Positions 34,879 through 46,274 of a stretch of 64,000 nt of DNA are shown one piece after another (position 1 is the stretch's first letter; the number at the start of each line of letters is the position of its first letter). A program made the translations under genes and the position numbers. The notes below the pieces were generated by a model. It saw only the letters and a list, made by a program, of their open reading frames with translations, ran no database searches and was not told the origin of the DNA. Location of the stretch: the IMG/VR virus record IMGVR_UViG_3300020444_000002, positions 22,431 through 86,430 of that record; one strand, 5' to 3'. The stretch is from a virus.

Positions 34879-35435
34879 TTTTGTTGTGCCTCATTAATAT
34901 GTGTTTTACGTCCTTTTTTGTTTCAGCGTCCATAATTGGTGTGTCGTCTGGATATATAGTGGTAACCATACCGTCGTCGGAATACCGCCTATCTGGGTGT
35001 TCAAGTATTTCGCTAACAACATCCAGCATATCTACACCCTTGTACCTTTCTAAGTATCTTACAATTGCATGGTCAGATACTTTGCCGGAAACTTTTACTC
35101 CTGAATATTCTCCTTTTAGCTGGCCGATAGATTGAGATATATGCTTTATAGCCTGTACCGTTTCTTTCATTTTATGGCTTATAGCATCAATCTTCTTACT
35201 ATGGAGGTTCCTTTCTCTTTTCATCTCTGATAACCCCTCCGTAAGGACCTTTCGCTTCTCGACTAACTTTTTTAGCCTCTCTTCTTTGTCCATAGTCACC
35301 TCATTAACTGGTCCCACATGCCAGGTCTGTAATGGCCAACCTTGATATAGTTTGAGAGTGTGACACTGGCCCAATATAGAACTTTCTCGTCCTGGCTTTC
35401 TGGGTTCAACTCATGCGGCGCTGGAAAGTCCTCCA

Positions 35436-36161
35436 TCAAACATTAACCCTTCTGATACTGTACAATATCTTATCAAGTTCTGCCCAATTAGGTTCATCTG
35501 GCAGTACAGAGGTAATATCTTCCAGCTTGCTATCCTCGGCTATGAATGTATCAACGACTGTTTCTGGAGTTTGTTCCCCCATCTTGAACAGCCATTCTCG
35601 CTGCTCTGGCGTGACACGAACCGTAAGTTCACCAGTTTCAAGGAGCTGGCGACACTGTAGCAACAGGCGGAAGCAATGGCGGGTATGCTTTGCAAAACGA
35701 TTCTTCATAGAGCTATCGTAACCTTCCATGCCCTCTGCCTGTCGCTTGCTCAACTTCATTGCTTGCCCAAGCGCATACCCTCTATATGCATTCATAACTG
35801 CCCTTGTAGACAAAAAGCTCTTTCGGTTCTCGACAAGTATTTTACCGACAGGGGTAAGAACAGTATAGTCGTCAAGCCACAGCAATTCTGAGAAAGTAGG
35901 ATTGCCATTAGCCACTAATTTCATAAATTTTCCCACTTCATGATATACCCAGTCTGGGTCTACATGGTCTTTTGTGGTTTTTGCCGGGTTAAAGTTAAGG
36001 GACAAGACAGTGCTTGTTGGTAGAACATACACGCCTTTAATATCAATGTCAGAATTTTTCGTATCTAGCCCGTAGGCTACAGACCCAGTAACGCCCTCTA
36101 ATATAATGTCTAGTCCGCCTGGCCGCTGTTCTTCTGCTATTTTCTTAAAATCTCTTTTCAT
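35436..36161 (-). CDS. Pol-beta-superfamily nucleotidyltransferase (RlaP/YcgL-like)
   Basis: GSVAYGL....SDIDIKGV, NPT..ELLW, RHCFRLL. Confidence 0.8.
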   Translation of the reverse strand: MKRDFKKIAEEQRPGGLDIILEGVTGSVAYGLDTKNSDIDIKGVYVLPTSTVLSLNFNPAKTTKDHVDPDWVYHEVGKFMKLVANGNPTFSELLWLDDYTVLTPVGKILVENRKSFLSTRAVMNAYRGYALGQAMKLSKRQAEGMEGYDSSMKNRFAKHTRHCFRLLLQCRQLLETGELTVRVTPEQREWLFKMGEQTPETVVDTFIAEDSKLEDITSVLPDEPNWAELDKILYSIRRVNV

Positions 36162-36216
36162 TTTTTCTACCTTAACCTCTATTATAAAGAAGTTTAAGCG
36201 TTTTCGCAAGAGTTTT

Positions 36217-37387
36217 TTAAGACTTTATTTCACGAACGTAACGACCAGTAACATTACTCTCAGCATAGAAAGAATTATATTCTCTCTTTTTTGCCAATAA
36301 CTGGTCAATCAATTTTAGGTCACTCTTCTTGACCTCTAATTGACGCACTTTGTGACGAGCTGGTGGCTTACCAGTGTAAAAGTGTATATAGCTACTATCT
36401 AGTTCTTTTCTTAGCAATTCAGCAAGGTCTTTTATTGGTTCTTTGTCGCTATTAGAATCATAGAAATGTATCCATGCAAAAACCTTAACAGGCTTATCCA
36501 ACTTTCTCCATCTAGTCTCACGACGATTGTACGACCATGGCTGTCTAGTTTCTATACTATACTCTTCCATAGTGTCCCACACCTCACCAATACATATATC
36601 TGTCTGGGTAAGGGTAGAATACACCCCACCAATCTCCCACTTAGAAGTCTTTTTAGCCTTCTTTAAATTAGCCTTTTGCTGCATATCCGCCATAGCCTCT
36701 TTGTAAGCTTCCATACCTTCATGGATAAACCCTGGCTGCCCCCCACGACGGGCAAACATAACACCTTCTGTTACCCGACCATTCTTCATATCACTATTAC
36801 GAATAAGGTCTGCAAGGATAGAATCATTAACGCCGACGATGAACTCTACGCCGTCTTTCTCAACCCTACATTTCCAGAATGAAAGACGACCACCCTGCGA
36901 AGAACCGCCAGCAGAATCTAAAATTGTGACTATAAACCCTTTGTTATCAAATGTATGTACGTTGGGTTCATACACAATAGTCTCTTTTTTGCTATCATAC
37001 TTGTTTTCATAACGACGTGCCCATTCCTCAGCCTTTACACGAGAATCATTATCATCTGCATCAAATATATAACCACTAAACTGTTCTCTACCTCGCCATT
37101 TTTCGGGTTCGCGCGAACAAATAGCCACACCAACCTTGTCCATCATTTTCCAGTAATTATACGCCATTATTACCTTTCTGTATTAGTTCATACCATGATT
37201 CAGCATCTATCTCGTCAGTGTCAAACATATGTTCACCGCAGTAGCTGGTGTAGCCTATAGACCTATTAAAGTCGTTACAGTCAAGGTTCATCAAGGCGGC
37301 ATATATATGCGCCACTTCGCGACCAGTTACCTCAACCTTGAAAACCTTCTCGTCAAAACATTTTTCGCCATTATCTAATATTTTCAT
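36217..37387 (-). CDS. Hypothetical proteins (36217-37167, 37157-37387)
   Basis: 316-aa and 76-aa ORFs within the operon. Confidence 0.65.
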
Positions 37388-37866
37388 ATTCTAGACTCCA
37401 GAAATTCTAATGTTTTTTTCATCCAACGTGGCGTGTCATCTACCGTGCTAACTCCGTCGAACAACTGGAACCCATTAGCCACACGACTCAAGTGTTTATA
37501 AGCATCCCTGTAACTATTACCGTCACCACTAAATAACTTGAACGGAGCAAATATTTCTCGCTTTTCTTCATCATCATGGTCAATGGGTTCAACCGCCAAA
37601 GCCGTAATGGAATAAGCGCTAACTTCATTAACACCTTCGTCAATATATTTCATAGAAAATAACTCGGCAGTGTTAAGATATTCCTCTAGATTACGAATCT
37701 GCTCAGAGTTTTCTGCTTCAAGTACAATTACTGTTCGCTTGTAGTTATCGGCGAACCCAACACCTGCATTTTGCAATGACATTGCTGCATGAACAGCTTG
37801 TGCTGCTGCCTTGCCAGCGCTCATATTTAGTTCTTTGTTCAGCACGACATATAGTATCTTACTCAT
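37384..37866 (-). CDS. Peptidyl-tRNA hydrolase, Pth2 type
   Basis: L.MSAGK.AAQAVHA, IDEG..EV....ITALA. Confidence 0.85.
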   Translation of the reverse strand: MSKILYVVLNKELNMSAGKAAAQAVHAAMSLQNAGVGFADNYKRTVIVLEAENSEQIRNLEEYLNTAELFSMKYIDEGVNEVSAYSITALAVEPIDHDDEEKREIFAPFKLFSGDGNSYRDAYKHLSRVANGFQLFDGVSTVDDTPRWMKKTLEFLESRI

Positions 37867-37914
37867 ACTATCTATTGTAGTGGTTTTGCGACAAAAAAGC
37901 AAGAGCTTTTTGCA

Positions 37915-38817
37915 CTAAAATTTATAGTTTACATCCCCAAACTGGGCTACATTTATACCATAAACATCACGAAGCATGTCGGCTACTTGTGGGCGGTCAT
38001 CGAACCAAATAAGAATATTATACTTCCCCTTAATGTACCGTTCAATCATATCTGCTTTGACGAGCGTATCCTTAACTTGACCGCCGTTCTCATCAACATG
38101 GTCGGTCCTGCGCATATAGAGTTCATCATATTCAATGTCGTGTTTCTCCAACCAGGCCTCTGTTTCCGGGCGACACACCTCATCCCGGCCACTAAAAATA
38201 AACAACTTAGCGTAATCTATCAAAGCGATACCATCTAGCATGTGCGCAAGGCCTAAGTTAATATCGTCATTCCCTACCTTGTGCCATTCGTAGGGGCTTC
38301 TATCTTTTGGCCCTGTTGTAAGTGTGCCGTCCAGGTCGGAAACAATAACATAAGGCAGCTCTGGGTCGTGTTTCAAGAACGTGGGCATTGTCTTCACGAA
38401 ACTGTTAAACATCTTGCGAATCACCTGTTCGCCTACTGAATTTTCTCTATTAGCGTCCCGTCTTATTAACTCTGCTATTGGAATATCTAGGAAGTCTTTT
38501 GTCCTAACATTTGCTCCAAATTCTCGCGCAATTGATGATATTCCGCTAACGTGCTTGGGATTGAGATTTGTGTCTGAACTGACGACGTTCTTGCCACTTG
38601 CAAGGCTGTTTCGTATAATGCGATTACGCTCTTTAAGTACAATCGACTCGTCACCACGTTTATAGTTGTACTGTCCGTCCTTAAATAACCTTTTGTCTTT
38701 TCTAATTTCATCTTTTTCTACCCGTACCCAGCCTTCTGTTTCTAGCTTTTTTGCATATGTTGTTTTACCGCTAGCCGGAAGGCCGCGCAATATAAGCATT
38801 TGTAGTCTTTCTGTCAT
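37915..38817 (-). CDS. pseT: Polynucleotide 5'-kinase/3'-phosphatase (T4 Pnkp-like)
   Basis: GLPASGKT kinase P-loop fused to HAD motifs DLDGT, SGR, FDDR. Confidence 0.92.
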   Translation of the reverse strand: MTERLQMLILRGLPASGKTTYAKKLETEGWVRVEKDEIRKDKRLFKDGQYNYKRGDESIVLKERNRIIRNSLASGKNVVSSDTNLNPKHVSGISSIAREFGANVRTKDFLDIPIAELIRRDANRENSVGEQVIRKMFNSFVKTMPTFLKHDPELPYVIVSDLDGTLTTGPKDRSPYEWHKVGNDDINLGLAHMLDGIALIDYAKLFIFSGRDEVCRPETEAWLEKHDIEYDELYMRRTDHVDENGGQVKDTLVKADMIERYIKGKYNILIWFDDRPQVADMLRDVYGINVAQFGDVNYKF

Positions 38818-38819
38818 GT

Positions 38820-40106
38820 CTATTCAACTTTTCCTTCTTCTTCCATATCAAGGGTACCATCGGCAACTGCTTGGTTGTCATGACCAACAAATGTCGCACT
38901 CTTGCATTTAAGTGTAAATGGAGCAATCCCCTCTGCGCGAATTACTACGCCCTCATCACATGGAGTATCTTTATCTAATGGGACAGCCTGTGGATAGCCG
39001 TCCTCTTTATATCTATGTAGTGTTTCATGGCCAGCAAAGTCAGCCCATTCTTCTGGCTTGAAGTCTTTATATTTCCCCCTCCACAGCAACGGAACAACCT
39101 TTAAATCACGGTCGCGACAAAACTCTACAATCTGGTCGTAACTCATGTCCAAAACAACACCCTCTGGGTTAATTGTTGCAACACGATACACATATAGCTC
39201 TGCAAGACCCTGTGGCACTTGGTATGTGTACTTACTCTGCAATGGCGCACCGTCAGCAGTCCAACCAACTAGTTCCCCATAAACAAGATAGCCTTTTGGA
39301 ATCTTACCAACCAGTTTCTCTCCCTCTGTAGACCAAATATCAGTATCATAGAAGTGAACATGAGTAGGGTTATTTTTATCTTTAATAACTCTACGGCTAC
39401 CGTACACATAATCATACTCCCTGTCTACAACAGTTACACCGACCTTATGTGCAATCTTTTCGAGACGCGATAACTTACGGTGAACAATCGTATTGGCGAT
39501 ACGAATTGAAGTACCGTGCAACTTCTGTGTAACTGTTACTTCTTTTTCCTCCGGGATTACATGGCTATACTTGAAGTAATTATCTGTATCATAGTGTTGT
39601 GGCAGGAACTTTTCATCAACACGGCTAAATATTTTTTTGTTCTTTTCTAGCACCCTCTCTTTATGCGTGCGCTTACGAACAAACTTACGGCAGATTTCAT
39701 GGTCGCCAATACGGTCAAAAGTGTCACCCTCTTTGAATTGCGATAAATCTAACCTTTTAATATAAGACAACGAATCAAGCCCGACAATTAGCGCATCTGA
39801 ACGATGCCCGCGCAATTTTAGTGAGCGAACATGACGGTTGTCCTCTAGGTAGCCAGATTGTGACTGGTCTTCGTTTTTGTCGTTATGGCGGTGCAGGTTA
39901 TTCCTGTAGGCAAATTCCTCAGATAATTGCGTACCAGCAGTGAATACTAATGCAAGCTCTCCATAATCAGAGTCTTTAGCGACAAGAGCCTGGCTTCCCA
40001 GCACTTGAAGACCTACAAGGTTGTCTAGACCTTCTAGGGCCACAGGTGACGGCAAGCGCACTATAACACCTGCGTAATCTTTGTTATCCGGTTCAAGTAA
40101 TTTCAT
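38820..40106 (-). CDS. RNA ligase (Rnl2/DRB0094-like) with N-terminal OB-like domain
   Basis: Motif I QKLHGTS, YGE, EGVV, LKCKS; adjacent to Pnkp. Confidence 0.82.
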   Translation of the reverse strand: MKLLEPDNKDYAGVIVRLPSPVALEGLDNLVGLQVLGSQALVAKDSDYGELALVFTAGTQLSEEFAYRNNLHRHNDKNEDQSQSGYLEDNRHVRSLKLRGHRSDALIVGLDSLSYIKRLDLSQFKEGDTFDRIGDHEICRKFVRKRTHKERVLEKNKKIFSRVDEKFLPQHYDTDNYFKYSHVIPEEKEVTVTQKLHGTSIRIANTIVHRKLSRLEKIAHKVGVTVVDREYDYVYGSRRVIKDKNNPTHVHFYDTDIWSTEGEKLVGKIPKGYLVYGELVGWTADGAPLQSKYTYQVPQGLAELYVYRVATINPEGVVLDMSYDQIVEFCRDRDLKVVPLLWRGKYKDFKPEEWADFAGHETLHRYKEDGYPQAVPLDKDTPCDEGVVIRAEGIAPFTLKCKSATFVGHDNQAVADGTLDMEEEGKVE

Positions 40107-40377
40107 CTTTTTCTTTTTCCATTCTTTCTAATATCATTGCGTATGTGTTCGCATAGCCAGCGAGGTCAACTATCGAATCGTGATGGTCCGGGGTGTTTAT
40201 TAACCTAGCTACCTTAACCTGAACCATGTATAAAGCGTGCTTCAATCGCGGATCGATATTAGACTCAAGTATTGGTTCTGCCATTTTTGCGACCTTAGCA
40301 AAATCATCTGCTGGATGCCCGTAGACATTTTGTCTATCTTCCTTCGTTAAACTCTTTGCTTCGTCTAATATCCCCAT
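40093..40377 (-). CDS. DUF6378-like small protein
   Basis: DR...YG.P...F, KVAR......H.DS.VDLAGYA. Confidence 0.7.
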   Translation of the reverse strand: MGILDEAKSLTKEDRQNVYGHPADDFAKVAKMAEPILESNIDPRLKHALYMVQVKVARLINTPDHHDSIVDLAGYANTYAMILERMEKEKDEIT

Positions 40378-40419
40378 AACTCTATTTTATGACAAAAAAA
40401 TGAGAAAAGCAAGAGCTTT

Positions 40420-41208
40420 TTACGGTCCGGCATGCCAAGTTTTGCTATTACCAAGTTTTGTAAGATTAATAACAAGGGAATTACCCTCTGCCGGTATTTT
40501 GAGAGTCTGGCCATTTACCTCCGTTAAGTGGTCAACGGGAACGAACCAATCTATGTAATTCTGAAACCCGCACTTTCTAATATCAAGGCCGAGGTTAACA
40601 TCCGGGCCAAGGCCATTGTCGCTATGAAAGTCATGTTGCTTGTATAGGTCAGCTCTGATTAACGCACAATAAAGCCCGCAAGCGTCAATCTCCTCCACTA
40701 AACTGCTACCAACCTTACTCTCCATACTCTTCACAATTTTAGTTTCGTATATATCATCAGCTCTCCAAGCGCCGACGTACGGTATACCCCAACGGCCTAG
40801 TTCTACACCAGTAACCATTCCCACGTTTGGCTTTGACTCAGCGTCATTAACAAGCCAGGACAGTGCATTCGGCGGCAACAGACCATCATCCTCAACAGAA
40901 AATATCCAATCAACGTCGTCGCTAACAAGACGTTTTATTTGGTTGTGTATAGCACTGATATGCCAACGCCTTTGCGGTATTGTGCTAGCTGGGCTGTTTG
41001 ATGCTTCACTCTGCACACAAAGTACATCTGCGAACGGCAATGATGAGACTTTGTTTCTAACCTTTAGCCACATTTCATTGTCCCCATCAACGACAACTAA
41101 TAGCGAAAGGCGTTCTTTGTAAGATTGGTTTAATAGCGAAGGTAAAACATAATCAAGATATTGTATCCTGCTTACTGGTAGAATTGTTAAGATTTTCATA
41201 TTTTTCAT
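40420..41208 (-). CDS. Glycosyltransferase (GT-A/GT2-like)
   Basis: LP, VDG, VEDD, GPDV motifs. Confidence 0.75.
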   Translation of the reverse strand: MKNMKILTILPVSRIQYLDYVLPSLLNQSYKERLSLLVVVDGDNEMWLKVRNKVSSLPFADVLCVQSEASNSPASTIPQRRWHISAIHNQIKRLVSDDVDWIFSVEDDGLLPPNALSWLVNDAESKPNVGMVTGVELGRWGIPYVGAWRADDIYETKIVKSMESKVGSSLVEEIDACGLYCALIRADLYKQHDFHSDNGLGPDVNLGLDIRKCGFQNYIDWFVPVDHLTEVNGQTLKIPAEGNSLVINLTKLGNSKTWHAGP

Positions 41209-41336
41209 TGTATTTTTGTACTACTTTTCTATATTTGTGATTCGCCTCGCGCCTTTGCGTAGTCGTGTCTGATGCCGCAAACTGCACCACTATCGGTAGC
41301 AGTTCTAAAACAAAATCGACTTTGAGTTCTATGCGG

Positions 41337-41987
41337 TCAAGTTGGCTCATTAAGTTTTATCTTTTTGTATTTTCTTTTATTTTTAGTTACTGTTATTTCA
41401 AGAGCAGTCTGGTCACCTATGGGGTTACCCCATTGATTAGTTGAGAAGGTGTCTATACACCAAATCTCTGGGTGTACTTCCCAGCAAGTGGCGCTTGGCG
41501 TATGGCCGAATACTTGTGGTATCCGCTCATATTCTGCCCTGTTCGGGCGCACCCATATAGGGGAACTGTCTTGCCACAAATCATCCATTTCTGTTGTACC
41601 ACCCCACCCGCGAGCAATACCGGCATGCGAAAATGTGATACCGCCCTCCTCTATAGTGATCGGTAATGAGAGCAACCATTCCCTGAGATAGTTATACGCT
41701 GGAGAATTTATAGACAACTGTGTAATGGGGTTATATCCACTTTGTAGAGTTGGGGTTTTGTTTATATAGATAAAATCATGGTTCCCAAGCACTAGTTTTA
41801 TGTTTTCGTTAGAGTGCGCCAAAAGATACAGCTTGTGCCAGGTATCAATAGACTCTAGCCCGTCCTTCCCCCAATCATCGGCATAGTCACCACAGAAGAC
41901 AATAATATCGTATTTACTTACGAGCTTTTCAACCTCATCGACAATCCATTTCTTTGTATGGATATCCCCTACCGCAAGAATTTTCAT
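41337..41987 (-). CDS. Metallophosphoesterase
   Basis: GDIH, GDYAD, GNHD, HAG, GHTP. Confidence 0.92.
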   Translation of the reverse strand: MKILAVGDIHTKKWIVDEVEKLVSKYDIIVFCGDYADDWGKDGLESIDTWHKLYLLAHSNENIKLVLGNHDFIYINKTPTLQSGYNPITQLSINSPAYNYLREWLLSLPITIEEGGITFSHAGIARGWGGTTEMDDLWQDSSPIWVRPNRAEYERIPQVFGHTPSATCWEVHPEIWCIDTFSTNQWGNPIGDQTALEITVTKNKRKYKKIKLNEPT

Positions 41988-42125
41988 TTTCCCTTATCCG
42001 CCCACTCTCTCCAACTTTTTAACTGTTCTTTCTTGATGGTCATTTTCAGTTTTTTGCTAAGATCAGTTATCTCATCAAGCACCAAGTGCCTATCGTGTTT
42101 ATAGTCCCAATAAGACAGTATCCCC

Positions 42126-43214
42126 TCAACCCGTGCTTGACTCAAGAGTGCGCGTACTATGACTTTCTGGTTTTCTGTAAACTTCATTAATTAAATTATC
42201 CCACTTCTGTTCAAGCTCATAATTTGAGAACTCTCTATATCCTATATTATAGGCTATAACCTTGTCATCGCGCAAGTCCTTGTTGGCCCAGAGGTCCATC
42301 CTGTGCCCTAAATCATAATGGTTCACTGTGTACAGGTCAATTAGAGTCCTTGCCATAAACCTACCATCATGCTTGGATGGTATGAGCCAGTGACGAGGAA
42401 GGATTGTATCGTTAGGCGGTATCATTGTCATAATAACCGGCATACCAGCACAGAGCGCCTCCGACATTGGTAAACATTGTCCACCATAGCGGCGCGGCAT
42501 AATCAATGCGTCAAAGCCCCTGTACAGTTCAACCTCATTCTCTGGGCTAGAGGTATCCACCGTAATTCTGGGGTCGTTAAACTTATTAATTAGCTCATCC
42601 TGCTTGCCCTGTGTCTTTATAACTAGCTCGAAATCTCCACGACTATATCGCATAGCCTGAATGACATCCTGGGTTCCATTACGGTCGTTTGCTGCTGAGC
42701 GCCCCATGATATGCAAGAACCTTTTCTTTCCCGTGCGAGTGCTATTATGCTCCCGTACTTCATTGAAGTCATCTACAAACACTGGCGTTGGCAAATATTC
42801 AACATTATGCCATATCCTTCGAGCTTCATTAATATGCCAATGACTCGGAGACACCAGCATATCTGGTTTTGCTAACTCTGGGCTAATAAGATAATCCGCA
42901 AACTCCCAGTTATACTGGTTTATTGTTTTCACGCCCATCTGCCTTGCCAAATCTACAAACAGCCTGTTGTAAAATATTTCGCAAGTGACAACAACATCCA
43001 ACCCGCGCAACCATTCGATCACCTCCTGATTAGTGGGAAAACCTTTTATGTCCATAACACTATAAGTAGCATATGCTTCTGGATACTGTTCGTTTCTATT
43101 AAATACAGAACTGTCTATAAGCATTACTTCGTCCGGGCGTAACATTCGAGCAAGATTACGGGTCTGATTACCAAGACCAGTCTTATCGCTTCTTGCTATT
43201 AGGCCAACTCTCAT
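42126..43214 (-). CDS. Glycosyltransferase (GT-B/GT4-like)
   Basis: GLG N-terminal loop, D.L.MP....GQCLP..EAL..G.PVI. Confidence 0.85.
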   Translation of the reverse strand: MRVGLIARSDKTGLGNQTRNLARMLRPDEVMLIDSSVFNRNEQYPEAYATYSVMDIKGFPTNQEVIEWLRGLDVVVTCEIFYNRLFVDLARQMGVKTINQYNWEFADYLISPELAKPDMLVSPSHWHINEARRIWHNVEYLPTPVFVDDFNEVREHNSTRTGKKRFLHIMGRSAANDRNGTQDVIQAMRYSRGDFELVIKTQGKQDELINKFNDPRITVDTSSPENEVELYRGFDALIMPRRYGGQCLPMSEALCAGMPVIMTMIPPNDTILPRHWLIPSKHDGRFMARTLIDLYTVNHYDLGHRMDLWANKDLRDDKVIAYNIGYREFSNYELEQKWDNLINEVYRKPESHSTRTLESSTG

Positions 43215-43900
43215 AACATTTCCTTACCATTATGTTTGTTCCACCTGTCAAGTAGGCGTATATAATCATCTGCAAAATCAATGTCATCAGTAAAGTCGTC
43301 AATTATTTCAAGCTTTTCACCAACTAAATGTCGGTGCATTTCCGAATCCGGTATATGAATCATAGCCCTGTAATGTTCCCACCCACCACAACGTGGCAAT
43401 GTGCCCTCGCCGTACAACTTAACAATCTTCCTAAGCGCCGCGTGGTGTTCTGGTATGTTGTGTTGGTAAAAGCTTTGGGCAAAACATTCACCGTATGGCG
43501 TGCCAGTATACTCACTACCAAACGGCCGCGCATACAACCTCCAATCAACTTCATGCTTACCCATCAATTTTTCCATTGCTTCCTCTGTAAAGAACACATC
43601 TCCATAAATAACAATAGTTCTACCGTCTTTATTCCATAGCTCGCGTGAATTCAGGAACTTATCCGCATCAAAATTATTATCGGTGTCTTTGGTAGGGACA
43701 TATAGTGTAGAACCTGGAATATCATATTCGTCATCAGTGCCAACAACAAACACTTCTACGTCTTCATATTGGTTGAGTAACCTAACAGTCCTGTGGATTA
43801 TTGGTTCGCCGTCAATCTTAGCAAAGTGCTTACGAGTGCCACCGTACCCGCCCCAGCGAGTCGCATCACCTGCTGCTATAATAATCGCTACTGTCTTCAT
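43211..43900 (-). CDS. Sugar-phosphate nucleotidyltransferase-like protein
   Basis: IIAAG.ATRW....K, YGDV, DID. Confidence 0.8.
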   Translation of the reverse strand: MKTVAIIIAAGDATRWGGYGGTRKHFAKIDGEPIIHRTVRLLNQYEDVEVFVVGTDDEYDIPGSTLYVPTKDTDNNFDADKFLNSRELWNKDGRTIVIYGDVFFTEEAMEKLMGKHEVDWRLYARPFGSEYTGTPYGECFAQSFYQHNIPEHHAALRKIVKLYGEGTLPRCGGWEHYRAMIHIPDSEMHRHLVGEKLEIIDDFTDDIDFADDYIRLLDRWNKHNGKEML

Positions 43901-44566
43901 TTGTCCTTTACCTTCGGTACTATACTTAACTCCATAAGCTCTGCTTCTTCAATAACACCATCGGTCTCTTTTTTAACAACATACCCAGGTGCTAAGGTGT
44001 AACTAGTAGGGTTTTTTCTCCACAGTTCCCACTGTTTCTGGGCCTTCTGGCTTGGCGCAATTACGATCTTACCAAATACATCCTCTGTGCGCTGGCTAAA
44101 CATTGTGTTGATTGGCATTTCGTCAAAATGTATTTCGAATGGGTCAACTGGTACTTTTACCTCAACTACACGGACACCTGAGTCTTTACCGAATTTGCGG
44201 GCAGCCGCCTTGGCGATACTTTCAGTTTTGTAGGCACGAACACCACGGCCAAACTTGTGCGGCATATCAAATGTCATAGCGCCGTTATCGTCTTGTCTAA
44301 CTAATACATATATTTTCATAGTCCTCCTTAAAAGTGTGCAGTTATATGCAGATCACCCCCCTCTTTAAACGCACAAAACGCCCTAATGTACTCGTCATTC
44401 ATATTGTCCTCCGGCTCTGTATAATCAGTCCTAATCAGTTTGTCTGGCTTCCACTCGTATTCGTCAAAATATGCATCCTGTATACGTTCGTAGTAAACTT
44501 TAGTCTCGTCTGGCATGTCTTCTATAACTGCGCGTAAAGCACCGACTGTTAAATAATCATCTTCCA

Positions 44567-46018
44567 TTATCGCTTCTCCATCCAAAATCGTATATTGTGG
44601 TTCTCTAATTCCTCACTTTTTACTTTGAATTTACATTTGCTATAAAAGCCAGTGGTCTTTCCGAAATGCTTATCTGGGTCAAAAAAGTCCATACTTTGTA
44701 CATCAAATCCTCGGACATGTGTTGGGTCAATCCATAAGAACTCCGCCTTCCAACCTGGGGTTTGCATATAGAGCGTGCCGCCTGGTTTTAGAATCCTATG
44801 GCACTCTTCAATGAATCTAACCACACCATGATCTTCCCCAATGTACGGCGGTAGGTGTTCAATCACATCGACTGCTTTTATCTCGTCAGCGACGCCATCC
44901 TCAAATGGATAGGGGAAATTAATCAGGTTATGGACAACATCTATTCCCTCTATACCAATCATGTCAACATTAATCCAACCGCTGGCGGGGTCTTCTCCAG
45001 CCCCAAGGTTTATACGAACACCACCTCGTTGCTCTGTCAGAGGCTCTGTGTGGGACTTTTGGTCGTCAAACGCACCCAAGTCCATTAATTTGTCTAGAAG
45101 CTCTTGTAGGCGATTAGAATACGTCTGAGACGCATATACGAACTCAAATAGCCCCCTGCGCAAATGTTCACGCTCCTCTTCATGCGTCAGGTAGTAATCA
45201 ATCTTTTTGTCTAAGTCTTCAAAGTCTCCGTGCTTGTAAAATATACCACGAAGCTCTTGTGGGAATAGCTCGGTAATACCATCTATGTCTGGGTATATTG
45301 TGAAAGCGCCACGCCCGATAGATTCAAATAGGCGGTCTGAGGTATAATTCCGATGCCTGAAACCTATATTGATAGAATCCCCCACTGCAATCTTCGCGTT
45401 TGCGTAGAGTTGGTTAAGGGCTGCACCACGAACTGACAGCTGTGGATGCCCATATTTCTTGTACTTCTCACCATATGTTTCCTCAAGGTGTTTTACCAGC
45501 TGACGACGATACGGCCATTCTGGGTGTCCATACTCAACCCCGCCCCCTACAAATATCACATCACCCTGTAATTGCGGGTCGTTATTAGGTTCCACCATAT
45601 AGCACTCGCCCTTGTACACTGCTGGCAGAAGCCAATGGTGATTGATTCCTTTGCTCTCGAAATACTTTTGCGATTCTGGGTCGCCATCTGCACTAAAGAC
45701 GTATTCAGTCCTCCAAAATGGGTCTGTTTCAATCCCTGACTGACGAGAAAGCCCAACATATAAGTCAAGGTGGTAGGAGGCTGTCGGGATGCCCATTTCT
45801 TTTAGTCTAGCAAGGTCATTAAGGGTTACCATTTTACCCCATGTACGGGTAAACAAGAATAAGTCGGTGTCCTCTGGTACTTGGCTCAACCATCCAGGAA
45901 GTGCAGCTGGGTGTTCCTGGATACGAACAACCTCGTGCCCAAGAGACTCCAAGGTTTTTGCGATATGGTTCTCTGTAGTGAAGTCTAATTTGTAGTTTCC
46001 AACATATGCTATTTTCAT
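44567..46018 (-). CDS. Glycosyltransferase (CgeB/Glyco_trans_1_2-like) fused to class I SAM methyltransferase
   Basis: SDRLFE..G.G GT segment; C-terminal INLGAG, VIEH, RILKPGG, DPTH. Confidence 0.85.
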   Translation of the reverse strand: MKIAYVGNYKLDFTTENHIAKTLESLGHEVVRIQEHPAALPGWLSQVPEDTDLFLFTRTWGKMVTLNDLARLKEMGIPTASYHLDLYVGLSRQSGIETDPFWRTEYVFSADGDPESQKYFESKGINHHWLLPAVYKGECYMVEPNNDPQLQGDVIFVGGGVEYGHPEWPYRRQLVKHLEETYGEKYKKYGHPQLSVRGAALNQLYANAKIAVGDSINIGFRHRNYTSDRLFESIGRGAFTIYPDIDGITELFPQELRGIFYKHGDFEDLDKKIDYYLTHEEEREHLRRGLFEFVYASQTYSNRLQELLDKLMDLGAFDDQKSHTEPLTEQRGGVRINLGAGEDPASGWINVDMIGIEGIDVVHNLINFPYPFEDGVADEIKAVDVIEHLPPYIGEDHGVVRFIEECHRILKPGGTLYMQTPGWKAEFLWIDPTHVRGFDVQSMDFFDPDKHFGKTTGFYSKCKFKVKSEELENHNIRFWMEKR

Positions 46019-46274
46019 TAGTCTGCCCAACTTGGTTTTGTTATACCTGTTCCAATTACCTTGCACTGCTGCGCTAGTTCCATGTAATCAACAACACTGG
46101 CATATTGACCAGCTTTAGACTTTTTGATTCTCTTTTTGAAATCTGTTAAGTTAGAGCGGCTTGGTGAATTGTATACATTATGTGATATATACTGCTTGCC
46201 ACCAACGCTAACTAACACTGCATTGTCTGTAACGTAGTAAGTGATTCTGCCTCGCTGTATTTTCTGGTGTTTCA

